This document shows, piece after piece, positions 46,961 to 56,582 of a DNA stretch of 64,000 nt. The stretch is from Spirochaetia bacterium (GTDB lineage Bacteria; Spirochaetota; Spirochaetia; DSM-2461): contig CAXXIA010000002.1 of NCBI GenBank assembly GCA_963666985.2, positions 2,112,001 to 2,176,000 of the forward strand, read 5' to 3'. Each line of letters starts with the position of its first letter. The stretch's first letter is position 1. The position numbers and the translations under genes are program-made. The notes beneath the pieces were generated by a model. The model did not search any database, was not told where the DNA came from, and saw nothing but the letters and a program-made list of their open reading frames with translations.

Positions 46961-47923
46961 TTACATGCCGAGAATCGTACTCCAGATTTTTTCATCCGCG
47001 GGTATGCCGAGCTTTTCGCTTCGGCGGCGTCTTTCCAAAGTTTCTCGCCCCGGATACCGGACGTCTTCTCCCAGACTCGCCGCAACCCTGTCGGCCAGTC
47101 CGGGATAATCGGGAGGTGAGAAGGCCAGAAAGACTTGGGAAACACCGGATTCCCGCGCGGGATTCGGCTCGATATCGCAGGTTGCTTTGCCTCCCGAAAG
47201 AGACGCGGCAACGAGATCGAGCAGGATGGAAAGGCCCGATCCTTTCCAGAAACCTATGGGCAGAGGCCGCATGCTTTCCGCAACGGCAGCCGGGTCCGTG
47301 GTGAGCTTGCCGTAAGAATCGTAGCCGCCGGGAACGGGCAGATGGGAACCTTCCGCGGCATACCGTGAAAGGGCTCCGTAAGAGAACTGTGAAATCGCCA
47401 TGTCCAGAACAATAGGACCGTCTTCGCGGGGAACGGCTATGATAATCGGATTGTTTCCGATGAGCGGCTTGGAAGATCCCCATGGGGGAAGATTCGGCAT
47501 GGTGTTTGTCCAGCAGATACCGATTTTGTTTGATTCCGCGGCCTGCCATCCGTAGTTTCCGCCGCGCATCCAGTGGTTCGTATTCCTCAAACCGACGCAG
47601 CCGACGCCGAATTCCCCGGAGAGTTCCAAGGCGCGCGCCATGCAGGTTCGGGCGTTCAGATTCCCCGGTCCGGACCGCCCGTCCCACTGTTCCAGGGCTC
47701 CGCTTGAATGGACGAGAATCGGTTCCGCCGAGGGAACAAGAAGTCCCTCTTCAATGGCCTGCAGGTAGGAGCCGAATCGGTCCAGTCCGTGGGACAGAAC
47801 CCCGTCCCGGTTGGCGTCGGCGAACAGCCCGGCGGAAATCCGGGCCCGTTTTTCATCAAAACCTCGGCGGACGAGAATACCGGCGAGAACGGAGACGGCT
47901 TCTTCATACGGAATTCGGATCAT
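46961..47923 (-). CDS. yiaK: 3-dehydro-L-gulonate 2-dehydrogenase (Ldh_2 family)
   Basis: DGVLSHG..RF, NTNHWMRGG.YGWQAA, CWTNT, GNNP, DMAISQFSYG, GFWKGSGL. Confidence 0.9.
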   Translation of the reverse strand: MIRIPYEEAVSVLAGILVRRGFDEKRARISAGLFADANRDGVLSHGLDRFGSYLQAIEEGLLVPSAEPILVHSSGALEQWDGRSGPGNLNARTCMARALELSGEFGVGCVGLRNTNHWMRGGNYGWQAAESNKIGICWTNTMPNLPPWGSSKPLIGNNPIIIAVPREDGPIVLDMAISQFSYGALSRYAAEGSHLPVPGGYDSYGKLTTDPAAVAESMRPLPIGFWKGSGLSILLDLVAASLSGGKATCDIEPNPARESGVSQVFLAFSPPDYPGLADRVAASLGEDVRYPGRETLERRRRSEKLGIPADEKIWSTILGM

Positions 47924-48024
47924 AACCGGAGTATAAGCGGAAGTCGGGTTGTGCGCCGCATTTATATCCGCGCCGTCTTAAATCTCCGCGCAAAGTCTCC
48001 GCATTGTTGATGGTTTCGGTCGCC

Positions 48025-49347
48025 CTAGGATCGGCCTTCTTCGTTTTCACTAACGTGTGATTCTCCCCCGGCCGCTTCCGCCGTCTTTCCGTTCGGATTC
48101 TCTTCGTCCGACAAAGCCGCCAGCCGCTCGGAAAGGCTGGGATGGGAGTAGTGCCAGAAACTGTAAGCCCGGTGAGGAGTCAGGTTGCTCAGGTTGTCCC
48201 GGCCCAGGGCCAGAAGCGCCCGGCGCATGGGTTCTGAACCCGAGGTGTTCTCGCGTGCGAAGCGGTCGGCCTGATATTCGTGCCGCCGGGAGTGCATGTT
48301 CACCAGGGGAGAAAGGGGAAAGGAAATCGGTCCCGAAAAGAACGTGAGCCAGAACAGCATGGCATGGAGCGAGGGCTCGGCGAATCCGAAAGCCGTGAAC
48401 AGGGGAATCCAGTGCAGGGCGTATCCGATAACGGCGAACATTGCCAGGCCCGCCCCAAAGGAAACAAAGAGTCCTGTTCGGATATGGCCGTGCTTCCAAT
48501 GACCGATTTCATGCGCCAGAACGGCTTCCAGCTCGTCGTCTTCCAGAGCGCTGATGAGCGTGTCGTAAATCACGATGCGCCGAGATTTTCCGATGCCCGT
48601 GAAGTATGCGTTGGAATGACGGCTGCGGCGGCTGCCGTCCATAACGAAAATTCCCTTGTTGGCGAAACCGCAGCGGTCGGCAAGAGCGGAAAGTCTGTTC
48701 TTCAAATCACCTTCGGGAAGGGGTTCGAACTTGTTGAAAAGAGGCGCGATAAGCACCGGGTAGAGCACCGCCATGACAAGCTGGAAGAGAACCCAAAAGC
48801 CCCAGGCGATCAGCCACCAAAATGCTCCCGCCAGAGACATGGCAAGGTACAAACCGCCCAGCAGCGCCGCCAGAAGAATCGCCCAGAGGACCAATCCTTT
48901 CAGCGAGTCCAGAATCAGCGTTTTAAAGGTTGTTGTGTTGAATCCGAATTCTTCCTCGATAACGAACTGCGAATAGAGTGCCGAAGGAAGTTTAACGAGA
49001 TTCTCAACCGTCATCGCGATGGCCAGAAAGAGAAAGCCGTGCCAATACGCCGGCAAATCCCAGGATTTACAGAGGCCGTCGAGAAGACCGGCGGCCCCGG
49101 TGAAGAGCACCGCCAAGAGAAGAATGCGGTCCTGCATGCCGAGCAGAAGACCGAAGCGGCCCTTGCGCTGCGTGTAATCCACGCTTTTGCGGTAGGTCTT
49201 TTTCTTTATAATCCCGCGGAAGCGTTCCGGGATGCTTCCTCTGTTCCTGAGGGATTCGTTGAGGTTCAGGATATCGAGAATCCAGTCGAGGAAGAAATCG
49301 GCAATAAAGAACGCAAGATAAATAATCAAAACGGTTTGCGGTTTCAT
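48025..49347 (-). CDS. M48 (Ste24-like) membrane metallopeptidase
   Basis: DGSRRSRHSNAYFTG, HEIGH, EYQAD, YSHP...R. Confidence 0.95.
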   Translation of the reverse strand: MKPQTVLIIYLAFFIADFFLDWILDILNLNESLRNRGSIPERFRGIIKKKTYRKSVDYTQRKGRFGLLLGMQDRILLLAVLFTGAAGLLDGLCKSWDLPAYWHGFLFLAIAMTVENLVKLPSALYSQFVIEEEFGFNTTTFKTLILDSLKGLVLWAILLAALLGGLYLAMSLAGAFWWLIAWGFWVLFQLVMAVLYPVLIAPLFNKFEPLPEGDLKNRLSALADRCGFANKGIFVMDGSRRSRHSNAYFTGIGKSRRIVIYDTLISALEDDELEAVLAHEIGHWKHGHIRTGLFVSFGAGLAMFAVIGYALHWIPLFTAFGFAEPSLHAMLFWLTFFSGPISFPLSPLVNMHSRRHEYQADRFARENTSGSEPMRRALLALGRDNLSNLTPHRAYSFWHYSHPSLSERLAALSDEENPNGKTAEAAGGESHVSENEEGRS

Positions 49348-49555
49348 GAACTTGGCTCCCGGGCAAACGAGCCCCGCTAATCATCGCCGAAACGTTTTTT
49401 TGGGGGAAGACCCCCTCGGCCTGCGCCGACGATGCCGATTCCCGATCGGCGTCCCGGGTGCGCCGGCCGAGGGGAGGCGCGATGCGAAGACCATGAGTTC
49501 CATCTCAAGCGGCGGTCCCAAGCAATCCGGTCCGGAATGGTCCGGCGCCGTCCGA

Positions 49556-50212
49556 TTACCGGTCGGCGATCAGGAAATCCGCCCGTTCCCTCCCGGGAGT
49601 AATGTATTCACAGTTGAGCCTGTCGTTTCCGTCGGCGCGGGCGCGGGCCTCATCCTCACTCATTCCCCATACTTCCCGATGCCGTTTATAGAGCCGTTCC
49701 ATGGCCGTTTCCAGCGGCGTATCCAGAAACCATGTTTCGGCGAACAACCCCTCCAGTCCCGCCCACTCGCCGTCCCGAAGAAGAGTGTAAATCCCTTCCA
49801 CGAGGATCAGTTTGCACTCCTTCGGAATCATAACGGCATCCTCCACCGGATCTCCGATATGATGTTCGAAGCCCGGCCAGCCGACGGGAGTCTTTCCATA
49901 CGAATCCTTTAATTCCCGGAGTTTGGAAAGAAAGCTCTCGGGATTGAATGTCCAAGGCAATCCGCGGCGGGCAAAGGCCAGTTCCGGATTCTCCATTCGC
50001 CGCAGCTCTTCTTTCGTTCTGTGGAAGCCGTCCATTCCCACAACCATAAATGAAGAAGGACCGAGGATGCTGTTCGCCTTTTCTTCCCATTGCCGGGCAA
50101 CGGTCGTTTTTCCGGATCCCGGATATCCGGCGATGGCCAGAAGCTTCCGGCTTTCGGTTTCTCGGTAAATATCGAGGATTCTTTTCAGGGGCTCTTTGAG
50201 TAATTCGGGCAT
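49556..50212 (-). CDS. P-loop kinase, uridine/pantothenate kinase-like (YggC/FrcK-like)
   Basis: GYPGSGKTT, MDGFH, RRG.PWTF, VEGIY. Confidence 0.85.
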   Translation of the reverse strand: MPELLKEPLKRILDIYRETESRKLLAIAGYPGSGKTTVARQWEEKANSILGPSSFMVVGMDGFHRTKEELRRMENPELAFARRGLPWTFNPESFLSKLRELKDSYGKTPVGWPGFEHHIGDPVEDAVMIPKECKLILVEGIYTLLRDGEWAGLEGLFAETWFLDTPLETAMERLYKRHREVWGMSEDEARARADGNDRLNCEYITPGRERADFLIADR

Positions 50213-50287
50213 GGCTGATTTTAGCATTCGAATCCGGAATCGGCTCGCAATTTTTCCGTATTCGCGGATTTTGAACGATACCTCCTT

Positions 50288-50400
50288 ATTGGGACGTCAT
50301 TTATTATAAGTTTTTTCAGGGGAAATGGTTATGTTTTTTCTTGACAGCTGGGAAAAGGTGCTGTTAGGTTGAGATTTATTAAGACATAATGACGTCATAA
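50288..50400 (+). promoter_or_regulatory. Promoter and GACGTCAT operator boxes of the gntR operon
   Basis: TTGACA 50341-50346 with TGtTAGGTT; palindrome ATGACGTCAT 50389-50398; second box GGGACGTCAT 50291-50300. Confidence 0.6.
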
Positions 50401-50414
50401 GGTCACGATGTAGC

Positions 50415-51137
50415 ATGGAAACAAAAGAACCGTTATACAATCGAATCAAAGCCGATCTGGAACGGAAGGTTTCGGACGGAACCTATAAGCGCGGTGAATA
50501 TATTCCTACGGAGCCGGAACTGGAGGCGCAGTATAGAGTCAGCCGTACGACGATTCGAAAAGCCGTCGGTATGCTTATAGACGAAGGTGTGTTAACGATT
50601 ATTCGCGGGAAAGGGACAATCGTAACGCTTTCTCAGCTCTCGTACAAAGTTTCCGACCTTATGAGTTTTACGGAATTATTGAAGCAGCAGGGGCTTCGTC
50701 CTTCGGCCGTAAACGTACACATTCGAACCATTCGGGCGGATTTGGATACGGCGGAGAAACTTGATATTTCTCCGGGGGATAATGTCGTTGAAATCTATCG
50801 GGAGAGAACCGCGGACGAGGAACCGATTACGGTAAATTGTTCCTGTATTCCCGAATGTTTTATTCGGGATTGCAATTTCGATGTAATCCGAACCAAGCAA
50901 TCGCTTTATCGCGTGCTTCTTGAAGAATGCAATATCGATATCGCTGTTACCGACGATACGATTACGGCGGTTAAGGCAACTCGGGAAATTGCCCGGATTC
51001 TCCATGTTTCTCCGGGAGATCCCCTGCTGCTGATTGAACGGATCGCCTACGACAAAAACGGGCGGAAGATCGAATACAGCAAAATTCATATTCGGGGTGA
51101 TCGGTACCAGCATACGATTACCCTTCGAAAGCGATAG
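50415..51137 (+). CDS. GntR (HutC/UTRA) regulator
   Basis: IPTEPEL...VSRTTIRKA...RGKGT; C-terminal UTRA-like domain. Confidence 0.95.
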   Translation: METKEPLYNRIKADLERKVSDGTYKRGEYIPTEPELEAQYRVSRTTIRKAVGMLIDEGVLTIIRGKGTIVTLSQLSYKVSDLMSFTELLKQQGLRPSAVNVHIRTIRADLDTAEKLDISPGDNVVEIYRERTADEEPITVNCSCIPECFIRDCNFDVIRTKQSLYRVLLEECNIDIAVTDDTITAVKATREIARILHVSPGDPLLLIERIAYDKNGRKIEYSKIHIRGDRYQHTITLRKR

Positions 51138-51154
51138 AGAGGAGAGTTCATACA

Positions 51155-52084
51155 GTGGATATTGTCGGTTTGGGAACGGTTGCTATGGACGTTCTGTATG
51201 AAGTGGACGCACTTCCGGGAGAAGACGGATTTGCCGTTGTAAAGAATACAACCAATTTGCCGGGAGGATCGGGAACCAATGTCATCGTACAAGCATCACG
51301 GCTCGGCGCCTCGTGCGGATATATCGCGGAAATCGGTGACGATCCCATTGGAATGGAAATAACGGCTTCCTTGGAAGGGGAACGAGTCGATACCTCTCAG
51401 ATGATTCGGAAACAGGGAGGAACGTCGCTCCACACGGATATTGTTGTGGATCGGCTGGGGAAAAAGTTCATTCTTCTTAATCTCGGGAACTCCTTTCTTT
51501 CCCTGGCTCCGGATAATGTCGATCCTGATTATATCAAGCGCGGAAAAGTCTTTTTCACGGACTTACTGCCCGGAGACGCCGCGATTTTCGCGTTGAAATC
51601 GGCAAAGAAGAACGGCCTGACAACGGTGGTGAACATGCAGGTCGCCCTTCCTCAGATGGAATCGTTCGGTGTTTCGCGGGAAACTATTTTTGATGCTTTG
51701 AAATATATCGATGTTTTTCTTCCGTGCCGTGAAGGACTTCGAGGATTGACGGAAACCGATGATGTTGAAGCTTCCAACAGCGTCCTTCGGGAATATTTCG
51801 ACGGATTGCTCATTGTTACTCTCGGAAACAACGGTTCCATAGGTTTTCATTCCGCTTCCGGGAAAGAGGCGATACGCGTGCCTATTGTTGATGTTCCCGT
51901 GAAGGATACCACCGGCGCCGGCGATTCTTATATCGGCGCCTTCATGACCGCTTATTGTCTTGAAGGCAAAAATCTTCATGAATCAATGAGATACGCAACA
52001 GCGTGTTCCGCTTTTAATTGTCTTTCATTGGGAGCGCGTTCCGGTCCCCATAAGTCCGAATTGGAGAAATTTCTCGCGTCTTAA
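51155..52084 (+). CDS. PfkB/ribokinase family kinase
   Basis: PGGSGTN, VTLG..G, DTTGAGDSY. Confidence 0.95.
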   Translation: MDIVGLGTVAMDVLYEVDALPGEDGFAVVKNTTNLPGGSGTNVIVQASRLGASCGYIAEIGDDPIGMEITASLEGERVDTSQMIRKQGGTSLHTDIVVDRLGKKFILLNLGNSFLSLAPDNVDPDYIKRGKVFFTDLLPGDAAIFALKSAKKNGLTTVVNMQVALPQMESFGVSRETIFDALKYIDVFLPCREGLRGLTETDDVEASNSVLREYFDGLLIVTLGNNGSIGFHSASGKEAIRVPIVDVPVKDTTGAGDSYIGAFMTAYCLEGKNLHESMRYATACSAFNCLSLGARSGPHKSELEKFLAS

Positions 52085-52179
52085 AAAACCGGCATAGAAA
52101 TTCCATTTTCGCACCGCTGATTCTCAGAAATAGAAACGATTGTTAATCGTTTCACGATAGAGCTATACACAGGAGGGTA

Positions 52180-52722
52180 ATGAGTATGGATGAACGGACA
52201 ACAGAAGAGGCGGATCGTCCCGACATTGAGAATAAGTCGTGGTCGGTACGTCGGGTAGCCATTGTGGCTATTTTCGCGGCTTTAAGCGCGGTAGGCGCCA
52301 TGATTAAAATCCCCAGTCCCATCGGATCAATAGGGCTTGATGCCTGTGCGGGTTTTTTCTGCGCTTTGGCCTTTGGTTCCGTTGAGGGAATGATTGTCGT
52401 CGCCATCGGACACATTTTATCGGCGGCCGTAATCGGCTTTCCTTTAACGCTTCCCATTCATTTGGCGGTGGCGGTAACCATGGCGATTTGGGCGCTTCTT
52501 TTCCGAATCATCGGTCGGCGGGGTACGGTCGGACTCGTTTTGGCGGTGATTACGGCATCGCTGCTGAACGCCTTCGGTTCCGGTCTGCTGCTGCTGCCGA
52601 TCGGAGGCGTTGGATTATACGTGGCGAATCTGCTTCCTCTTTTGGTCGCGTCCGCTGCAAATACGATCTTGGCGGCCGTGGCATACAGTGCCGTTAAAGG
52701 AAGCAAACTCCTCAATAAATAA
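52180..52722 (+). CDS. ECF transporter S component, CblT (alpha-ribazole transporter)-like
   Basis: GSIGLDA...GHILSAAVIGFPLTLPIHLAVA resembles the CblT signature as I recall it; unverified. Confidence 0.75.
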   Translation: MSMDERTTEEADRPDIENKSWSVRRVAIVAIFAALSAVGAMIKIPSPIGSIGLDACAGFFCALAFGSVEGMIVVAIGHILSAAVIGFPLTLPIHLAVAVTMAIWALLFRIIGRRGTVGLVLAVITASLLNAFGSGLLLLPIGGVGLYVANLLPLLVASAANTILAAVAYSAVKGSKLLNK

Positions 52723-52786
52723 GGAAAAAGCATCCTCCCGGTTTGCGATGAAAGAGTGTTCGGCATTTTTTATGAAGGTTTGAGAA

Positions 52787-54544
52787 ATGATAAGTGAAAA
52801 CGTTGAAGCTGAAGTTGATGTTAAGAATCTTTGCTTCTCTTATGTGAAGGGTGATGAGAACACACTCTCCAATATTACATTATCGGCTGAAAAGGGAAAG
52901 TTCACCGTAATCATGGGCCATACGGGTGCGGGGAAAACCACACTGCTGATGTGCCTGAACGGCATTATTCCCCAGCTGCTTAATGGGTCGTTAACCGGGG
53001 ATATTTCGGTATCGGGGCTTAACGCTCTGCAGTATCGGGTCCAAACACTTTCGAAAAGTGTCGGCCTGGTATTGCAGGATGCGGAAACTCAGATTCTGGG
53101 CCGGACCGTTTCGGAAGACGTTGCCTTCGGTCCCCGTAACTATTTGGTGCCTCGAGAGGAAATTCTGGAACGCATCAATGAGGCTTTATCGAGAGTCAGG
53201 CTGAACGGTTACGAATCACGATCCACGGATAATTTATCGGGAGGTGAGAAACAGCGTCTGGCCATTGCCGGAGTTCTCGCCATGAAACCGAAAATACTCG
53301 TACTGGATGAGCCCACATCGGAACTGGATCCTCTGGGCCGCGATGAAATTTATACAACCATTGAAAATTTGAGCAAAGAAAGCGAGATAACGATTATCGC
53401 CGTTGAGCATGCAAGTCAGGATATTCTTCAGCGCGCCGATCATCTCATCGTTCTTTCGCAAGGCGCCGTATCCTGGCGGGGAAATCCGCGCGATTTCTTT
53501 AAATCTTCCGCACTGGTGGAAGAGAACGGAATAAAACCGATTCCCGTCGGTATCGTCGGAAATCGTCTTTGTGAACGGGGACTTATTCCGCCTGAGAGAA
53601 TTCCTCTTTCGGTCGATGAAGCCTTTGATACGGTTACCGATCTTCTTTCCGGCCGGCAAATTATCATGACATCGGAAGCGCCTTCGGTTCGGCCGAAAGA
53701 AACCCAATCGAATTTAGTATCGATTAAGAATTTGGGGCATGTTTATGAAAACGGAAAAACCGCTCTTCATGAGGTTAATCTTGATGTCCGCGAGGGTGAT
53801 TTCCTTGCGCTGATTGGTCAGAACGGTGCGGGAAAAACAACACTGGCAAAGCATTTCAACAGTCTTTTAAAACCGACTCAGGGAAGCGTTCATGTCTGCG
53901 GGATTAACGTGGGAGAGAGTGAACCGGAAGAATTGGCATCTCATATTGGGTATGTTTTTCAAAATCCCGACCATCAGATATTCAGTCAAAGCGTTTGGAA
54001 AGAAGTGGCTTTCGGTTTGAAAAACATAGGTCTTCCGGAGAACGAGATGCGGTCGAGAATTGAACGTGTACTCAACTTTACTCATCTTTGGAATCTGCGT
54101 GACGAACATCCGTTTTCCTTGGGAAAAGGGGAGCGGCAAATGATCGCGGTAGCGTCAATTTTGGCGCTGGAACCCAAGATTCTCGTTGTGGACGAACCCA
54201 CGACCGGGCTCGATTGGCGGGGAATTCGCCGCATTATGGATTTGATTAAGACTCTGCACGACAACGGAACCACAATCATCATGATTACGCATGATATGGA
54301 TCTTGTCGCGCATTACGCGACACGAACCGTTGTGATGCGGCATGGCGCCGTTCTTCTGGACGGTGAAACCCGAGATGTTCTGGCCGATACGGAGAAACTG
54401 CGCGATGCCTATGTTACTCCGCCGCAAATCGTGGATTTTTCGCTGCGACTTAAGCCCTTCGGTTTAAATCGGATCATCCTTGATGAGAAAGAACTCGGCG
54501 ATATCATTGCGAATTCCGTTCAGGAGGAATCTCATAATGTTTGA
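52787..54544 (+). CDS. ECF transporter fused double ATPase
   Basis: Two ABC domains (GHTGAGKTT/LSGGEKQR; GQNGAGKTT/FQNPDHQ). Confidence 0.95.
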   Translation: MISENVEAEVDVKNLCFSYVKGDENTLSNITLSAEKGKFTVIMGHTGAGKTTLLMCLNGIIPQLLNGSLTGDISVSGLNALQYRVQTLSKSVGLVLQDAETQILGRTVSEDVAFGPRNYLVPREEILERINEALSRVRLNGYESRSTDNLSGGEKQRLAIAGVLAMKPKILVLDEPTSELDPLGRDEIYTTIENLSKESEITIIAVEHASQDILQRADHLIVLSQGAVSWRGNPRDFFKSSALVEENGIKPIPVGIVGNRLCERGLIPPERIPLSVDEAFDTVTDLLSGRQIIMTSEAPSVRPKETQSNLVSIKNLGHVYENGKTALHEVNLDVREGDFLALIGQNGAGKTTLAKHFNSLLKPTQGSVHVCGINVGESEPEELASHIGYVFQNPDHQIFSQSVWKEVAFGLKNIGLPENEMRSRIERVLNFTHLWNLRDEHPFSLGKGERQMIAVASILALEPKILVVDEPTTGLDWRGIRRIMDLIKTLHDNGTTIIMITHDMDLVAHYATRTVVMRHGAVLLDGETRDVLADTEKLRDAYVTPPQIVDFSLRLKPFGLNRIILDEKELGDIIANSVQEESHNV

Positions 54545-55346
54545 AGAAAAGAATTCCGCCACATATCTGCATGCTCTGCATGTCGTGTCGAAACTGGTTG
54601 TTTTTATTGCTGTAATGGTTGTTATTTTTACGTTTTCAAACCCGATGTACATATTGGCCATGGGATTGCTTTTATTCGCGCTGATTCTGCCCGCGCGGCT
54701 TCCTTTGGCGGGTGTTTTTACTCTTATTAAGTCATTGCTGCCCGTTTTTGTGATTATCATCGTGATGAGCTGTTTTACATCGCAGCCGGATCGATTTCAG
54801 ACGGGAATCGGACAACATGTCTTTTTTACCCTTTTTCGAGACGGACGTTTTCCCGCTACGGTAGGCGGTTTGCTTATCGGCGTTACATTTCTGATTCGAA
54901 TTGTCGTGATGGTTCTAACGACATTGGTGTTTACCATGACGACACCCATAGACGACATTATTGATTTCATGAATTTAATTCATGCTCCTTATGAATTATC
55001 AATTGTTATCAGTACCGCCATAACATTCATCCCCGCAATGACCAATAAAAAGAATCTTATTTTCCAGGCACAGCGCGCAAGGGGAACGAAGCTGAAAGGA
55101 AAAGGGATGTTTGGGCAATTGATGGCGTTTACTCCGATTATGATTCCCTTGATTATCAATTCCATTCTGCTGGCTGAAAATCTTTCGATTTCCATGCTGA
55201 ATCGCGGCTACGGAGCAAGCAGAGCAATGACGTCCATGCGGGATAGAAAAATGACAAAGTCCGATTACATTGTATGCTGCGGTGCGGCCTTAGTGTCTGC
55301 GGTGAGCATTTACGGAAGAATACGATATAAAGCGGGAGTTCTTTAA
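54537..55346 (+). CDS. ecfT: ECF transporter T component
   Basis: AQRARG and NRGY motifs; RBS AGGAGG. Confidence 0.92.
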   Translation: MFEEKNSATYLHALHVVSKLVVFIAVMVVIFTFSNPMYILAMGLLLFALILPARLPLAGVFTLIKSLLPVFVIIIVMSCFTSQPDRFQTGIGQHVFFTLFRDGRFPATVGGLLIGVTFLIRIVVMVLTTLVFTMTTPIDDIIDFMNLIHAPYELSIVISTAITFIPAMTNKKNLIFQAQRARGTKLKGKGMFGQLMAFTPIMIPLIINSILLAENLSISMLNRGYGASRAMTSMRDRKMTKSDYIVCCGAALVSAVSIYGRIRYKAGVL

Positions 55347-55351
55347 TTTTC

Positions 55352-56383
55352 ATGGATGAAAAACTCGGCAAAATTTATGGAGCGCTCTTGGGGGTTGCGG
55401 CCGGCGATGCTATGGGAATGCCCGCTGAGATGTGGTCTCGGAAAAAGATTAGAAATGAATTCGGACGAATTGAAGATTTTCTTCCCGGACCTCTATCGAA
55501 TGAGATTTCGCATGGACTTTCATCATATGAGGTAACGGACGATACTCTGAGCACGGTCGTTATCGCTCGGTCCATTATAGAATCCGACGGAAAAATCCGC
55601 CCCGAGCAAATCGTAAAAAATCTGCGCGCCTGGGCCGCCGATGATGATAAAAGTAAAAACGTTCTGGGGCCCAGTACCAAACGCGCTTTCGAAGAAATTG
55701 AAAACGGCATCCCGCTTGCCGTCGCCGGGCGGACCGGTACGACGAACGGCGGCGCCATGCGCATTATACCGGTCGGCATTATGAGCCGCAGTGATGATCT
55801 GCCGGGCTTGGTGGAAAACGTTCGTCTTTCCTGCCTGCCGACTCATAATACGAGTGTGGCGATTTCCGGCGCTTCGGCCGTGGCGGCCGCCGTCGCTTAC
55901 GGAGTTGATGAAGAAAATCCGAATCTTGATGAATTGCTGGATATCGCCGTTGACGCCGCCCGCCTGGGAGCGGAACAGGGATATGAAGTTTTCGCTCCGT
56001 CCGTAGCGCGCAGAATCACCGCCGGACGGGAGATTATCGCCGCGGCATCTTCAATCGACGAGGCGTCGGAAGAAATTTACAGTTTTCTTGGAACCGGCCT
56101 TCCGACCTATGAAGCGATTCCCGCGGCACTTTTAATCGTGCGTCTTGCGGAAGGCGACCCGATGACAAGCGCGGAAATCGCCGCAAACATCGGGGGAGAT
56201 ACGGATACGATCGGAGCTATGGCCTGCGGCATCTGCGGTGCCGTTTCCGGTGCTTCGGTATTTCCCGATACGGTAATCCAATCCCTTTCCAAAACAAATG
56301 GAATCGATTTTTTCGAATTGGCACGAAGACTTATGGAGCTTCGAAAACGCAAGTATTCCGGCGGCAAAGGCTTTGAGGGTTGA
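55352..56383 (+). CDS. ADP-ribosylglycohydrolase family protein (YegU-like)
   Basis: GDAMGMP, TDDT, TTNGGAMRI.P, PTHN, GGDTDTIGAMA. Confidence 0.93.
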   Translation: MDEKLGKIYGALLGVAAGDAMGMPAEMWSRKKIRNEFGRIEDFLPGPLSNEISHGLSSYEVTDDTLSTVVIARSIIESDGKIRPEQIVKNLRAWAADDDKSKNVLGPSTKRAFEEIENGIPLAVAGRTGTTNGGAMRIIPVGIMSRSDDLPGLVENVRLSCLPTHNTSVAISGASAVAAAVAYGVDEENPNLDELLDIAVDAARLGAEQGYEVFAPSVARRITAGREIIAAASSIDEASEEIYSFLGTGLPTYEAIPAALLIVRLAEGDPMTSAEIAANIGGDTDTIGAMACGICGAVSGASVFPDTVIQSLSKTNGIDFFELARRLMELRKRKYSGGKGFEG

Positions 56384-56493
56384 TTTTTCGAAGATGCATC
56401 GGGATATTGCCGGGCGAAGAGTCTCCCGGCAATCCCGGCAACCCCAACGGCAAAATCCGTATAACATTGAGTTAATCTGACTTTATTAATGAT

Positions 56494-56522
56494 TTGACAG
56501 CTGTTTTCCCGATTGCTACCAT
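56494..56522 (+). promoter_or_regulatory. Sigma70-type promoter
   Basis: TTGACA-17 bp-TACCAT with extended TGn. Confidence 0.65.
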
Positions 56523-56582
56523 TCGAATGCGGCTTCTTTGGCACCATCGGCGTTTTGCTTAAGAAGAAATCGGAGACAGTCT

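Noticed and set aside
48280..49380. 366-aa + strand ORF
   Set aside because: Antisense to the M48 peptidase.
52085..52179. Cobalamin riboswitch before the CblT-like gene
   Set aside because: Only about 95 nt with one simple hairpin and no recognisable B12-box.
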